DNA from: Escherichia coli
Lineage (GTDB): Bacteria > Pseudomonadota > Gammaproteobacteria > Enterobacterales > Enterobacteriaceae
Assembly: GCF_013315695.1 (NCBI RefSeq)
Contig: NZ_CP054353.1
Reading direction: 5' to 3' (one strand)
DNA length: 64,000 nt
The notes beneath the pieces are model-generated. The model saw only the letters and a list, made by a program, of their open reading frames with translations. It did not search any database and was not told the DNA's origin. Of this stretch, positions 1-10,885 are shown one piece after another. The position numbers and the translations under genes are program-made. Position 1 is the stretch's first letter. The number at the start of each line of letters is the position of its first letter.

Positions 1-267
1 GACTGGGAATCATCGGCAACCTGTATCTCTGCAGGATTATGCATAGGGATGGTGCCAACACATTTCGCCAAACCGTGGCTTAATGAGGATAAGTGGGTAG
101 CACTAGAACTGGAAAACCCCTTCCCGGATTCGGCATGTTGTCTGACATGGCAGCAAAATGATATGTCGCCTGCGTTAACCTGGTTGCTTGAGTATCTCGG
201 CGATAGTGAGACGCTGAATAAGGAGTGGCTGCGGGAGCCGGAAGAGACTCCCGCAACGGGTGATTAA
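1..267 (+). CDS. ydhB: LysR-family transcriptional regulator, C-terminal part (5' end lies outside window)
   Basis: Open frame from position 1 to stop at 265-267 (ORF track 49..267 is the in-frame tail); convergent with purR as in K-12 ydhB(punR)-purR; identity by synteny, not by recognised motif. Confidence 0.6.
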
Positions 268-1289
268 CGACGATAGTCGCGGAACGGGCCGTCAGCCACG
301 GAGCGGCGTTCAATCAACCGCGGATGCACTTCAATGGATTGCGGTTCTTCGCGTTTATTGACGATACGATCCAACAGCATGTTGAACGCCGTTTCGCCCA
401 GCGAATCTTTTGGCTGATGGATCGTGGTCAGCGCCGGCGTAAAATAGCGGGCGTTGCGCACGTTATCATAACCGATCAGCGAAACATCCTGCGGCACGCG
501 CAGACCCATTTCATCAGCAGCACAAAGTGCGCCCATTGCCATGATATCGCCACCACAGAAGACGGCAGTAGGGCGATGCGGTTGCGACAGTATTTGCTGC
601 ATGGCGCGATAACCGGATTCAGGTTCAAAATCACCCTGTACAATCCAGCTTTCCGGCACCTTGATCATCGCTTCTTCCATCGCCTTCATAAAACCGGCAA
701 GGCGGCCTGCGCCAGTGTTACGTTCCAGCGGGCCGGGGATAACGCCGATTTCGCGGTGACCGCGTTCTATCAGATAACGCCCGGCCATGTAACCGCCTTC
801 GAACGCGTTATCAATGACCGCATCGGTGAAGTCAGCTTTTGCTTCACCCCAGTCCATCACCACCATTGGGATATGGCGATACTCTTCCAGCATCGCCAGC
901 AATGGCTCTGGGTACTCAGAACACATCACCAGCAGACCATCGACGCGTTTTTGCGCCATCATCGACAGATAAGCCCGCTGTTTCTCAAGATTGTTCCACG
1001 CATTGCCCAGAATCAGGGTGTAACCTTTCTGGAAGCAATTTTTTTCAACCGCTTCAATGATCTCGGCAAAATAGGCCGCTTCGCTGCTGGTCGCCAGCAA
1101 ACCGATAGACTTAGTGTGGTTAACCTTCAGACTACGTGCCACCGCGCTAGGGGAGTAGTGTAATTCTTTGATCGCTGCCCACACGGCGTTGCGCGTTTCT
1201 TCAGCGACGAAACGTGTTTTGTTGATCACGTGTGACACAGTTGTAGTGGAAACGTTTGCTCGTTTCGCTACATCTTTTATTGTTGCCAT
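264..1289 (-). CDS. purR: Purine repressor PurR (LacI family)
   Basis: 341-aa ORF; N-terminal [27 protein letters not shown] and full-length match to remembered PurR; expected length. Confidence 0.95.
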
Positions 1290-1333
1290 TCCATTTCACT
1301 CCAGACCCTAACTTCAGCTCCTGCAAAATCGCA

Positions 1334-1349
1334 AGGTAAACGTTTGCCT
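1334..1349 (-). promoter_or_regulatory. Candidate PurR operator (pur box) in purR 5' leader
   Basis: aggtaaacgtttgcct contains the palindromic core AAACGTTT of the PurR box, 45-60 nt upstream of the purR start codon; purR is known to be autoregulated via leader operators. Confidence 0.45.
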
Positions 1350-1587
1350 TTACACACTTTACGCACAACAAAAGTGTTGCGGTACGCCGGAAAAACGACA
1401 CGGAGCGTCAGGAAGGGGTCAATGGCCAGTACGCAAATAGTGTAAGCGTGGAATTTTGGCCGATCTTGACGAAAAGGGGAAGTGGTAAAAACACTTATCA
1501 TTATAAATGACGGGAGATTTTTTCATCATAGTGTGTAAAAATGCGTAATATCACTTTTTGTGTGGTAATAAAAAAGGAGAAAACTTG

Positions 1588-1677
1588 ATGAGCACCGACC
1601 TTAAATTTTCACTGGTAACAACGATTATCGTCCTCGGTTTGATCGTGGCCGTGGGTTTGACTGCCGCGCTGCACTGA
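1588..1677 (+). CDS. ynhF: Small membrane protein YnhF (29 aa)
   Basis: ATG at 1588 preceded by aaaaaggaga SD; translation MSTDLKFSLVTTIIVLGLIVAVGLTAALH (single TM helix) matches remembered YnhF; below the 60-aa ORF-track cutoff so found by reading the sequence. Confidence 0.8.
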   Translation: MSTDLKFSLVTTIIVLGLIVAVGLTAALH

Positions 1678-1842
1678 TTTCCTCTCGAGGGAGCGCGTTC
1701 TCCCTCGCATCTCCTTCCTGTTTGTTAGCAAAATGGCAAAAGTGTTTTCTCTTTTTGTTATTTTCATTTTTTTGTGATTGCTGTCATGCTTTCGCCACTT
1801 TAATGAATATCGCGTAATGACGCGAAGAGGTGGAGATAAGGC

Positions 1843-3012
1843 ATGAAAATTAACTATCCGTTGCTGGCGCTGGCGATTGGCGCGTTTGGTATCGGGACAA
1901 CGGAGTTCTCGCCAATGGGCTTGTTGCCCGTCATTGCGCGCGGTGTGGATGTCTCGATTCCCGCTGCCGGAATGTTAATCAGTGCCTATGCAGTTGGCGT
2001 AATGGTGGGCGCGCCGCTGATGACGCTTCTACTTTCTCATCGTGCCCGCCGCAGTGCGTTGATTTTCCTGATGGCGATTTTCACGCTCGGCAACGTACTT
2101 TCCGCCATCGCGCCGGATTATATGACCCTGATGCTTTCTCGCATTTTGACCAGCCTGAATCACGGAGCATTTTTTGGTTTGGGTTCAGTCGTGGCCGCAA
2201 GCGTGGTGCCAAAACATAAACAGGCCAGCGCAGTTGCCACTATGTTTATGGGGTTAACCCTGGCAAATATCGGTGGCGTGCCGGCGGCGACCTGGTTGGG
2301 TGAAACTATCGGCTGGCGGATGTCATTTCTGGCAACGGCGGGGCTGGGAGTGATTTCAATGGTAAGTCTGTTCTTCTCATTACCTAAAGGTGGTGCAGGG
2401 GCACGACCTGAAGTGAAAAAAGAGCTGGCGGTATTAATGCGTCCGCAGGTGCTGTCTGCATTGCTGACGACGGTACTGGGAGCTGGTGCAATGTTTACCC
2501 TCTACACCTATATCTCTCCGGTACTGCAAAGTATTACCCACGCAACACCGGTGTTCGTCACAGCAATGCTGGTGCTGATTGGTGTCGGATTCTCTATCGG
2601 TAACTATCTCGGCGGCAAACTGGCAGATCGTTCAGTTAACGGCACGTTGAAAGGCTTTTTGTTGCTGCTGATGGTGATTATGCTGGCAATCCCGTTCCTG
2701 GCCCGCAATGAGTTCGGCGCAGCTATTAGCATGGTGGTGTGGGGCGCTGCAACCTTTGCGGTCGTACCGCCGTTACAGATGCGCGTGATGCGTGTCGCCA
2801 GTGAAGCGCCAGGTCTGTCTTCATCAGTCAATATTGGTGCCTTTAATCTTGGAAATGCGCTGGGAGCAGCTGCTGGTGGTGCGGTAATTTCCGCTGGGCT
2901 GGGATACAGCTTTGTGCCGGTGATGGGGGCGATTGTCGCGGGACTGGCATTATTGCTGGTGTTTATGTCAGCCAGAAAACAACCTGAAACAGTTTGCGTT
3001 GCCAACAGCTAA
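1843..3012 (+). CDS. ydhP: MFS transporter YdhP
   Basis: 389-aa ORF, 12-TM-like hydrophobic profile, position between purR and sodB as in K-12. Confidence 0.9.
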   Translation: MKINYPLLALAIGAFGIGTTEFSPMGLLPVIARGVDVSIPAAGMLISAYAVGVMVGAPLMTLLLSHRARRSALIFLMAIFTLGNVLSAIAPDYMTLMLSRILTSLNHGAFFGLGSVVAASVVPKHKQASAVATMFMGLTLANIGGVPAATWLGETIGWRMSFLATAGLGVISMVSLFFSLPKGGAGARPEVKKELAVLMRPQVLSALLTTVLGAGAMFTLYTYISPVLQSITHATPVFVTAMLVLIGVGFSIGNYLGGKLADRSVNGTLKGFLLLLMVIMLAIPFLARNEFGAAISMVVWGAATFAVVPPLQMRVMRVASEAPGLSSSVNIGAFNLGNALGAAAGGAVISAGLGYSFVPVMGAIVAGLALLLVFMSARKQPETVCVANS

Positions 3013-3046
3013 TTAAACAAAAACGCAGAAGGATAACCTTCTGCGT
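3013..3046. terminator. Hairpin terminator between ydhP and sodB (T-run on minus strand)
   Basis: acgcagaagg-ataa-ccttctgcgt stem-loop at 3023..3046 flanked by aaacaaaa (a U-run when read on the minus strand). Confidence 0.5.
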
Positions 3047-3075
3047 TACAGTTGCTGGCAACGTGCGATTTATCT

Positions 3076-3150
3076 TGCCGGATGCGGTGTTAACGACTCA
3101 TCCGTGTTGGCATGGTAAGCGAAGCGCATCAGGCAATGCTGCATTTGCCA
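3076..3150. repeat. REP-like palindromic units
   Basis: gccggatgcggtg... and ...gcgcatcaggca resemble degenerate REP/BIME half-sites in the ydhP-sodB spacer. Confidence 0.3.
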
Positions 3151-3157
3151 TCAGTTA

Positions 3158-3739
3158 TTATGCAGCGAGATTTTTCGCTACAAATTCCCAGTTCACCAGT
3201 GCCCAGAAGTGCTCCAGATAGCCAGGACGTGCATTGCGATAGTCGATGTAATAAGCGTGTTCCCAGACATCAACGGTCAGCAGCGGAGTTGCATCGGTGG
3301 TCAGTGGAGTACCCGCGTTAGAGGTTGAAACGATAGCCAGCTTGCCATCGCTGTTTTTCACCAGCCAGGTCCAGCCAGAACCAAAGTTTTTGATCGCTGC
3401 ATCAGTAAACTGAGCTTTGAAATCGGCAAAGCAGCCAAAAGATGCGGCGATAGCTTCAGCGACTTTTCCAGTCGGTTCGCCACCCGCGTTCGGTGCCAGG
3501 CAGTTCCAGTAGAAAGTATGGTTCCAGACCTGAGCTGCGTTGTTGAATACGCCACCTTCAGAGCTGCGAATAATCTCTTCCAGTGATTTACCTTCAAACG
3601 CGGTACCTTTAATCAGGTTGTTCAGGTTAGTCACATAAGTCTGATGATGCTTGCCGTAGTGATACTCGATGGTTTCCGCAGAAATGTGCGGTGCCAGAGC
3701 ATCTTTAGCATATGGTAGTGCAGGTAATTCGAATGACAT
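3158..3739 (-). CDS. sodB: Fe superoxide dismutase SodB
   Basis: 193-aa [39 protein letters not shown]..., classic Fe/Mn-SOD sequence. Confidence 0.97.
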   Translation of the reverse strand: MSFELPALPYAKDALAPHISAETIEYHYGKHHQTYVTNLNNLIKGTAFEGKSLEEIIRSSEGGVFNNAAQVWNHTFYWNCLAPNAGGEPTGKVAEAIAASFGCFADFKAQFTDAAIKNFGSGWTWLVKNSDGKLAIVSTSNAGTPLTTDATPLLTVDVWEHAYYIDYRNARPGYLEHFWALVNWEFVAKNLAA

Positions 3740-3827
3740 TGCTACTCTCCTTTATTATTAATTTGCATACGTACAATAGCCTTATTGTGCGTATGGATAG
3801 GGTAGCAAATTAAAAGGTGAGACAAAA

Positions 3828-3862
3828 GATGAACTTACCCTGTTGCCGTAACAACAGGGTAA
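3828..3862 (-). terminator. Rho-independent terminator of mepH
   Basis: ttaccctgttg-ccgtaa-caacagggtaa hairpin immediately after the mepH stop, followed on the minus strand by cttttgt. Confidence 0.55.
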
Positions 3863-3866
3863 AGTT

Positions 3867-4694
3867 TTAGCGAAGTGTTTTTGGGGTCATTACCCGGCGA
3901 GCGCCAACATAGTGGCGCTGCCAGTAGTCTTCACTGAGAGAAGTGATTTGAATTTCCTGACCCGTACGCGGTGACTGAATAAATTTGCCGTTGCCGACAT
4001 ATACGCCGACATGATCGGCTGTACCGCGTCCCTGAGTACGGAAAAAGACCAGGTCGCCGTTTTTCAGTTCACTACGTTCGATTGGCGCTGCATCACGCAG
4101 GTGATACATTTCATTCGCCGTACGCGGAATACGAATTTTCACCAAATCTTTATAAGCGTAATAAACCAGGCCGCTGCAATCAAAACCGGTACGCGGTGAG
4201 CTGCCGCCCCAACGATATGGCTTACCAATTTGCTGCATCAGTTTATTCATTGCCACTTTCGTGGCTTTTTGCACCTTCGCTTTGTGCGCGTCGGCAAGGG
4301 TTCCTGACGCGGCATTTTTGACTTTCACACAATGCGATTTATAGCCCTTACGTTTGGTACACTTTTCGGTAAAGTTGGCTGAGGCCGTTTTATTGACGGC
4401 GTGTTTGCTGCGAGTTTTGGCGTTTTTAGAAGCGGTAATGGAAGATTTTTTAACGGAAGAAGCGGTTTTGCTTTTGATCGTACTTTTACTGGCGGCTTTT
4501 TTCGCTGTTTTCTGGCTGGCTTTCTGGGTCTTTTTGGTGGTTGCCGTGCTTTTCTTTTTATCTGCTTTTTTGGTGATATGAGTAGTAGCAGAACTCTCCC
4601 TGGCTTGCTTTGAAGCATGGGCCATAGGCGTTAAAGGCAGGGTGGTAAAAAGTAAAGCACAGAGCGTGATCGAAATACGGTTTATCCGCGCCAC
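3867..4694 (-). CDS. mepH: NlpC/P60 peptidoglycan DD-endopeptidase MepH (YdhO) with Lys/Ser/Thr-rich linker
   Basis: 275-aa ORF; signal peptide, long low-complexity K/S/T/A linker, C-terminal NlpC/P60 domain (...RWGGSSPRTGFDCSGLVYYAY...HVGVYVGNGKFIQSP...). Confidence 0.9.
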   Translation of the reverse strand: MARINRISITLCALLFTTLPLTPMAHASKQARESSATTHITKKADKKKSTATTKKTQKASQKTAKKAASKSTIKSKTASSVKKSSITASKNAKTRSKHAVNKTASANFTEKCTKRKGYKSHCVKVKNAASGTLADAHKAKVQKATKVAMNKLMQQIGKPYRWGGSSPRTGFDCSGLVYYAYKDLVKIRIPRTANEMYHLRDAAPIERSELKNGDLVFFRTQGRGTADHVGVYVGNGKFIQSPRTGQEIQITSLSEDYWQRHYVGARRVMTPKTLR

Positions 4695-5028
4695 TGAGCG
4701 TCCCTCTGTTAAGGCAGGTCTATCATGCCTGCGTCTGATTTACAAAACTTGATGATTCTAATGCATAGAAGAAGAGAAAGTTAATAGCTTTTATTGTTAA
4801 AAAATACGTTTCGTCGGCGAGCGCAAAAAAATGCAGCAGTGAAAGCTAAAAATGGTTATAAACACGCCAGTTTGCCGTGCATAAGGGAAGAAACGAATAT
4901 TTGAAATGCAACAAATAGAACAAAGGGATAAAATAGCAAAAGCGTGATGAAAATGTTATTTTCCGATGCCGCACTGACCCGCTACAATGTCAGATTACTG
5001 CCGTAAAGAAGTTTGAGGAAGCAAGACA

Positions 5029-5376
5029 ATGAGCACCACTATCGAAAAAATCCAACGCCAGATTGCTGAAAACCCGATCCTGCTGTACATGAAAGGTTCA
5101 CCGAAACTGCCGAGCTGCGGTTTCTCTGCCCAGGCAGTCCAGGCGCTTGCCGCATGTGGCGAACGTTTTGCCTATGTTGATATCCTGCAGAATCCGGACA
5201 TTCGTGCGGAACTGCCGAAATATGCTAACTGGCCGACTTTCCCGCAACTGTGGGTTGACGGCGAGCTGGTCGGCGGTTGTGATATCGTGATCGAAATGTA
5301 TCAGCGTGGCGAACTGCAGCAGCTGATCAAAGAAACTGCCGCTAAATACAAGTCTGAAGAGCCGGACGCGGAATAA
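5029..5376 (+). CDS. grxD: Monothiol glutaredoxin Grx4 (GrxD)
   Basis: 115-aa ORF with CGFS active-site motif (KGSPKLPSCGFSAQAV). Confidence 0.95.
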   Translation: MSTTIEKIQRQIAENPILLYMKGSPKLPSCGFSAQAVQALAACGERFAYVDILQNPDIRAELPKYANWPTFPQLWVDGELVGGCDIVIEMYQRGELQQLIKETAAKYKSEEPDAE

Positions 5377-5390
5377 TCCGTCCTGCAATA

Positions 5391-5418
5391 CTGACGGATG
5401 CGAACGGGCATCCGTCAG
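5391..5418. terminator. Bidirectional hairpin terminator between convergent grxD and lhr
   Basis: ctgacggatgc-gaacgg-gcatccgtcag, 11-bp perfect stem, followed by ttctttatc. Confidence 0.6.
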
Positions 5419-5426
5419 TTCTTTAT

Positions 5427-8400
5427 CTATTCCCAATCCAGCCCTTGTGGCGAACTTGAAAATCCCGCCTCACGCAGCAGCGTAAACATCGGCGTTGGTC
5501 GGACTGGTAGATCATTCACTTCTGTCAGCGTAAAGCGCAGCCGTGGTTCGCGACGCAGTGCGGTAGTCAGCGCATGGAAAACCTCTGGGGCGAGTAATTC
5601 CTCTTTTTCCTGCCAGACCAGCATTTTTTTGCCACCTTGCGCCAGATAAAGTAACAATTTGCCGCCAGAAACGACCACCAGCGCACCCGCCCGACGCGTT
5701 GGAACCAGCGTTGCCGGATGTGCAGGCCAGGGCAGAAGACTTCCCCACACATTAGCCGGATCGTTGGCGGAGAGCGCCACTGGTGTATAGTGGCGCGTTT
5801 GCGCGGTTTGTGTCGCCAGGTCACGCAATCGGTCAATAGTCAGACGTTCAGCGAATTGCGCGCCACCCAGACCTTCTACAAAACGACCCCGCATAATTCG
5901 CCCGGAGTCTTCCATACTTCGACAAAGCGTTTGCATCGATGGAAAACCGCCAGGGATATTTTCGGCTATCACCGCCTGACGACTGATGATGCCGTAGCGG
6001 TCGAGCATATTTTCCGCCAGCGCCAGCATCCTTTCGGTATCGTTTAGTGGCTCCACCTGCAATAACGACCAGCGTCCGGCCAGCTTTGGTGTGTTGTAAG
6101 ATACCCGCGGCGAGACGGGTTGCGCATAGACAGGACGCCCACGACGAGCCCGGTGACTGCGGCGAGTTGAGGTGCGTGCGTTGGAACTGCTGCGGGTGAG
6201 GGCGCGTAACGGTGCCCAAATATCGCTGGTGATGACGCCTTGCCAGACCAGCGCCCATAACGCCTCTTGCAGTGCCGAGGGATCAACCGATTCGCCGATT
6301 TTATCGCGTATCCGTTGGCTGATTTGTTGTGCAAACCAGGCTCCTCCGTCAGCCAGAACAGCGACTATCGCTTGCTGCAGCGCCGAACGATTCGCCTGAT
6401 CCGCTTCGGCGGGAGTGAACGATTCTGCGGCATATTCCTGTAGATGCAGTGCCACCAGGCCGTCATCTTCACCCAGCTTTTTTTGTCCCGACCAGATAAC
6501 CGCTCCGGTTGCCAGTAATTCATCGAGCATTTCTGGCGAATAGTCGCGTACGCGGGCAGGCAGGATCTGGCTTTCCCAGAGTGAGGCGGGTAAACCGACT
6601 CCTGCAAGCTGTTCGATCACCCGCATCACGCCATCCACGCCCTCATAAACGCCTGGCGATGTTGAGGCAAAGAGTGCCGGGCTACCATCGGTGGCGGGTA
6701 ATACGCCCTGACGTTCCAGCAGCAATCGCGCATAGGTCGTGGCCGCAACGGGACGTGTCGCTTCTCTGGCGGCTTGCAGCGAGCGCAAACGCAGACGACG
6801 AAATACTTCATCGCTCACCCAGATGTCTTGTTGCAGATTCATCACCAGACCCTGTTCGCGCAGTTGCTGAAGTTGCTCTTCGACAATGGCAATACCGAGA
6901 CTAAACTCATGAGCCAGTTGTTCAGCCGTGACCAGAGCATGAGCCCGGAGATAGCGCAGAAAGAGGTCGCGAAGCGGGTAACTGACTCGGTGCAAATAAA
7001 TCTCTGGCAGTGACTCTGGTAGTCGTACGCCGAGGGCATCGCGCAGCCTGGCGGCATCATCCATACAGGCAAGACGCTCCTGCCCGCTAATCATCGTCGG
7101 GAAGATTCGTTTTACTGCAAGAAGATTTTCCAGATACGACGCAATCTCTTCACTGCTGCCTGTATGCCGTTGCGCCAGGTCTTCAACGGTCATTGGCCCC
7201 AGTTCGCGCAGCAGGTCGAACAATCCTTCTTCACCTTTCGCTCTTCTGCCAGGAGCCAGTCGTTGCAACTCTTCTTCCACCTGGCGAATGACCTGCGGGT
7301 CGAGTAATTCCCCCGGTTCGACCTGTCCGAGTAGATTGCGCAGTAACTCGCTGTCCAGCGACAGTACGGATGCCCGGCGCTCTGCCAGCGGGGCGTCGCT
7401 CTGGTACATAAATTCCGCGACATAGCCGAACAATAAACTGGCGGCGAAAGGCGAGGGCGTAGTGGTCGTTACATCGGATATTTGAATTTCGCCACCGTTC
7501 AGGCGACGCATCAAACGTTCCAGCGCGGGAAGATCATAAACATCTTGCAGACATTCGCGTAGGGTTTCGAGAATGACCGGAAAATCCGGATATCCCTGAG
7601 CGATTTCCAGCAACTGACTGGCGCGCAGTCGTTGTTGCCAGAGCGGGGTGCGATGGCCCGGCGTGCGGCCCGGCATTAATAATGCCCGCGCGGCGCATTC
7701 GCGAAAACGGGCGGCGAAAAGTGCCGAGCTGCCTACCGCCTCGCGGACAATTTGCAGCAACTTTTCTGGTTCAAACAAAAAAATCGCGGCATCAGGCAAT
7801 TTACCATCGGTGTCAGGAATGCGCGCAACAATGCCGTCATCACTGGCAACCACAGACGCGTCAGCGCCCCATAGTGCATGTATTCGCCCGGCAATCGCCA
7901 GCGCCCAGGGTTCATGCACCCGTCTTCCATAGGGAGAGTGCAAAATAATACGCCAGTCACCAATTTCATCACGGCACCGTTCGAGGACAAGATGACGACT
8001 ACCTGGAACGATACCCGTCGCGTTGCGCTGCTCGTCAATCAACCCCTGAATATTGGCGATCGTATTTTCTTCTGCCAACCACGGGGGAATAGTCCCGGAA
8101 AAGAACGCGCCATCCGCCAGTAAATGGAGAAAATCGCCGATCATCTCGCCTAATTCTGCCGGACGTCCGTTACCTTCACCACGCCAGAAGGGAAGGCGGG
8201 CAGAACGACCTGGAGCAGGAGTCACAATCACCTGATCGCGGGTGATTTGCTGGATCCGCCATGAGGTTGCGCCAAGAGTGATAATATCGTTCACCCGTGA
8301 CTCATATACCATCTCCTCATCCAGTTCACCCACCCGCCGCGAACCGGCCTGTTCTTCACCTTCGGGTAATAACACGCTATACATGCCACGATCCGGAATG

Positions 8401-10043
8401 GTGCCGCCGCTGGTAACCGCCAACAATTGAGCGCCAGGTCGGGCGGTCAATATCCCGGTCTCCCTGTTCCAGACCAGTTTGGGGCGAAAAGCAGAAAAAT
8501 CGCCAGAGGGATAGCGCCCGGAAAGCATATCCAGCGTGGCGTCAAAAACACGTCCTGGCAGATCTTTCCACGGTGCGGCACGGCGTACGCGGGAGTACCA
8601 TTCGTCTACCTGTAATGCATCCATCGCCGCGGCGGCAACGGTTTGCTGCGCAAGGACGTCGAGTGGATTATGCGGTGGTGTCAGGTTTTCCAGCCTGCCT
8701 GCGAACATACACTCTACAATGACTGCGGAATCGACTAAGTCACGCCGGGTTCGGGGGAAAAAAAGCCCTTTAGATACACCGCCAACCTGATGTCCGGCAC
8801 GTCCAATGCGTTGTAACCCACTGGCAACAGAAAGCGGCGTTGCCACCTGAATCACCAGATCCACCGCGCCCATATCAATCCCTAGTTCGAGACTGGAGGT
8901 TGCGACCACGCAGCGTAATTCACCCGATTTCAGCGCCTGTTCGGTGATTGCTCGTTGTTCTTTAGAGACGGAGCCGTGGTGTGAGCGGGCAATAAAAATG
9001 TCGCTACTTTGTACACGGTTAGAGGTTGCGCCGGAGGTCGACTCGAAATGGGCCGCATCAACGGCGATAGACGGGGAACGCTGTAAGCGAGCGGCGTAAA
9101 GCTCATTTAATCGTGCCGTCAGTTTTTCCGCCAGCCCGCGCGAATTAGTAAAGATAATGGTCGAGCGATGGCGCAACACTTCATCAAGGATACCCGTTTC
9201 AATATATGGCCAGATGGAGCCTTCCCGGCCGGCATGGCTGTCTTCGCCGGTGCCGCTGGCGACTGATGAGACATCATCCATATTGGCGACCGGTACGACA
9301 ATCCGTATCTGCGGATGGCGCATTGCGGGCGGGTTGACTACCGTAACCGGGCGATCGCCACCAAGAAATGCTGCCACATCGCTCGCTGAGCGCACAGTGG
9401 CAGAAAGGCCAATTCGCTGTGCTGAGGTGTGGAGCAGCGCATCGAGCCGCTCCAGACTTAACGCCAGATGCGCACCACGTTTACTGCCTGCTACCGCGTG
9501 GACTTCATCAATAATTACCGTTTCGACGCCGCGTAGCGTTTCGCGCGCGCGGGAGGTCAGCATCAGATAGAGTGATTCGGGTGTGGTGATCAGAATATCC
9601 GGCGGATTACGGGTGAGTTTGCTGCGTTCCTGTGCAGGCGTATCGCCAGTACGGATCCCCACGCGAAGATTGACTTCCGTTTCGCCGCGCCGCCGCCGTT
9701 CATCGGCAATACCCTGTAACGGGATCTGCAAGTTGCGCTGAACGTCGGTGCCCAGAGCTTTGATCGGTGAAATATAGAGAATGCGTGAGGTTTTACGCTT
9801 ATGCGCCTCGCGGGTATCTTCGCCGCCTTCGCGGAAGAGCTGATCGAGGGCGTAGAGAAATGCTGCCAGCGTTTTCCCGGAGCCAGTCGGTGCAATCACC
9901 AGCGCATGTTCGCCTCGCGCCGCCACATGCCAGGTTTGCGACTGGACAGCGGTCGGCTGTTTAAAGGCGCGAAGAAACCAGTCGCGGGTCGCCGGTGAAA
10001 ACACGTCCGGCAGGGGCGAGGAAGGGTTTAGATTATCTGCCAT
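5427..10043 (-). CDS. lhr: Large ATP-dependent helicase Lhr
   Basis: 1538-aa ORF; Walker A APTGSGKT, DEVH box (IIDEVHAV), characteristic length and position downstream of rnt. Confidence 0.95.
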   Translation of the reverse strand: MADNLNPSSPLPDVFSPATRDWFLRAFKQPTAVQSQTWHVAARGEHALVIAPTGSGKTLAAFLYALDQLFREGGEDTREAHKRKTSRILYISPIKALGTDVQRNLQIPLQGIADERRRRGETEVNLRVGIRTGDTPAQERSKLTRNPPDILITTPESLYLMLTSRARETLRGVETVIIDEVHAVAGSKRGAHLALSLERLDALLHTSAQRIGLSATVRSASDVAAFLGGDRPVTVVNPPAMRHPQIRIVVPVANMDDVSSVASGTGEDSHAGREGSIWPYIETGILDEVLRHRSTIIFTNSRGLAEKLTARLNELYAARLQRSPSIAVDAAHFESTSGATSNRVQSSDIFIARSHHGSVSKEQRAITEQALKSGELRCVVATSSLELGIDMGAVDLVIQVATPLSVASGLQRIGRAGHQVGGVSKGLFFPRTRRDLVDSAVIVECMFAGRLENLTPPHNPLDVLAQQTVAAAAMDALQVDEWYSRVRRAAPWKDLPGRVFDATLDMLSGRYPSGDFSAFRPKLVWNRETGILTARPGAQLLAVTSGGTIPDRGMYSVLLPEGEEQAGSRRVGELDEEMVYESRVNDIITLGATSWRIQQITRDQVIVTPAPGRSARLPFWRGEGNGRPAELGEMIGDFLHLLADGAFFSGTIPPWLAEENTIANIQGLIDEQRNATGIVPGSRHLVLERCRDEIGDWRIILHSPYGRRVHEPWALAIAGRIHALWGADASVVASDDGIVARIPDTDGKLPDAAIFLFEPEKLLQIVREAVGSSALFAARFRECAARALLMPGRTPGHRTPLWQQRLRASQLLEIAQGYPDFPVILETLRECLQDVYDLPALERLMRRLNGGEIQISDVTTTTPSPFAASLLFGYVAEFMYQSDAPLAERRASVLSLDSELLRNLLGQVEPGELLDPQVIRQVEEELQRLAPGRRAKGEEGLFDLLRELGPMTVEDLAQRHTGSSEEIASYLENLLAVKRIFPTMISGQERLACMDDAARLRDALGVRLPESLPEIYLHRVSYPLRDLFLRYLRAHALVTAEQLAHEFSLGIAIVEEQLQQLREQGLVMNLQQDIWVSDEVFRRLRLRSLQAAREATRPVAATTYARLLLERQGVLPATDGSPALFASTSPGVYEGVDGVMRVIEQLAGVGLPASLWESQILPARVRDYSPEMLDELLATGAVIWSGQKKLGEDDGLVALHLQEYAAESFTPAEADQANRSALQQAIVAVLADGGAWFAQQISQRIRDKIGESVDPSALQEALWALVWQGVITSDIWAPLRALTRSSSNARTSTRRSHRARRGRPVYAQPVSPRVSYNTPKLAGRWSLLQVEPLNDTERMLALAENMLDRYGIISRQAVIAENIPGGFPSMQTLCRSMEDSGRIMRGRFVEGLGGAQFAERLTIDRLRDLATQTAQTRHYTPVALSANDPANVWGSLLPWPAHPATLVPTRRAGALVVVSGGKLLLYLAQGGKKMLVWQEKEELLAPEVFHALTTALRREPRLRFTLTEVNDLPVRPTPMFTLLREAGFSSSPQGLDWE

Positions 10044-10135
10044 TAACGCTATTCCCCGTGAATATCATGCATGATGCGTGGAATAGCCTCACTATAGATG
10101 CCTGAATCATTGCATGTCATCAGGCATCGACTCGA

Positions 10136-10783
10136 TTACACCTCTTCGGCGGCAGGTAGCGGCCAGCCTCCCAGACGTTTCCAGCGGTTGACGATTTCAC
10201 AAAACAGCACAGCAGTGCGTTCGGTGTCGTACAACGCGGAGTGCGCCTGGGTGCTGTCGAAGTCCATGCCAGCGGTCTGGCAAGCCTTTGACAATACGGT
10301 TTGTCCGAGTGCCAGCCCGGCCAGTGCAGCAGTGTCAAAAGTGGCGAAAGGGTGGAACGGGTTACGTTTCAGTGAGGCGCGTTCTGCGGCGGCCATCATA
10401 AAGCTGTGATCGAAATTGGCGTTGTGCGCCACCATAATGGCGCGGTTACAGCCGCTCGCTTTAATGCCTTTACGTACAACTTTAAAAATTTCGTGCAGCG
10501 CCTCGTATTCGCTGACCGCGCCGCGATCGGGATCGTTCGGGTCAATACCGTTGAAGGCGAGGGCCTCTGGCTGCAAATTTGCGCCGACAAATGGTTCGAC
10601 GTGGAAATGTAATGTGGTGTCCGGCATCAGCCAGCCTTGTTCATCCATTTTCAGGGTGATGGCGGCAATCTCAAGCAGCGCATCGGTTTTGGCGTTAAAT
10701 CCGGCTGTTTCAACATCGATCACAACAGGATAAAAACCACGAAAACGGTCGCACAGACCGGTAAGTTGAGCGTTATCGGACAT
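10136..10783 (-). CDS. rnt: Ribonuclease T
   Basis: 215-aa ORF, DEDD exonuclease motifs ([10 protein letters not shown]...), nemRA-gloA-rnt-lhr order. Confidence 0.95.
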
Positions 10784-10885
10784 CTGATTCTCTTAATACG
10801 GATAAATTGCAGCGCGCATTATGACAAATATTACTTGTCGATGCAGTAAAGATGCGGGCGCGAGGAGTTCACGCCCGGCAGGAGA

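Noticed and set aside
324-1163. 279-aa plus-strand ORF fully inside purR
   Set aside because: Antisense to a strongly supported gene; His/Arg-rich composition typical of antisense frames; no recognisable domain.
4325-4618. Several 60-100-aa ORFs on both strands inside mepH
   Set aside because: Artefacts of the Lys/Ser/Thr/Ala-rich low-complexity linker of MepH, which is open in multiple frames.
5512-9998. Many 60-140-aa ORFs on both strands within lhr
   Set aside because: Nested in or antisense to the 1538-aa Lhr ORF; GC-rich sequence gives long chance ORFs.
10098-10128. Imperfect hairpin between rnt and lhr
   Set aside because: 13-nt loop and no U-run; not a convincing terminator; rnt and lhr are probably co-transcribed.
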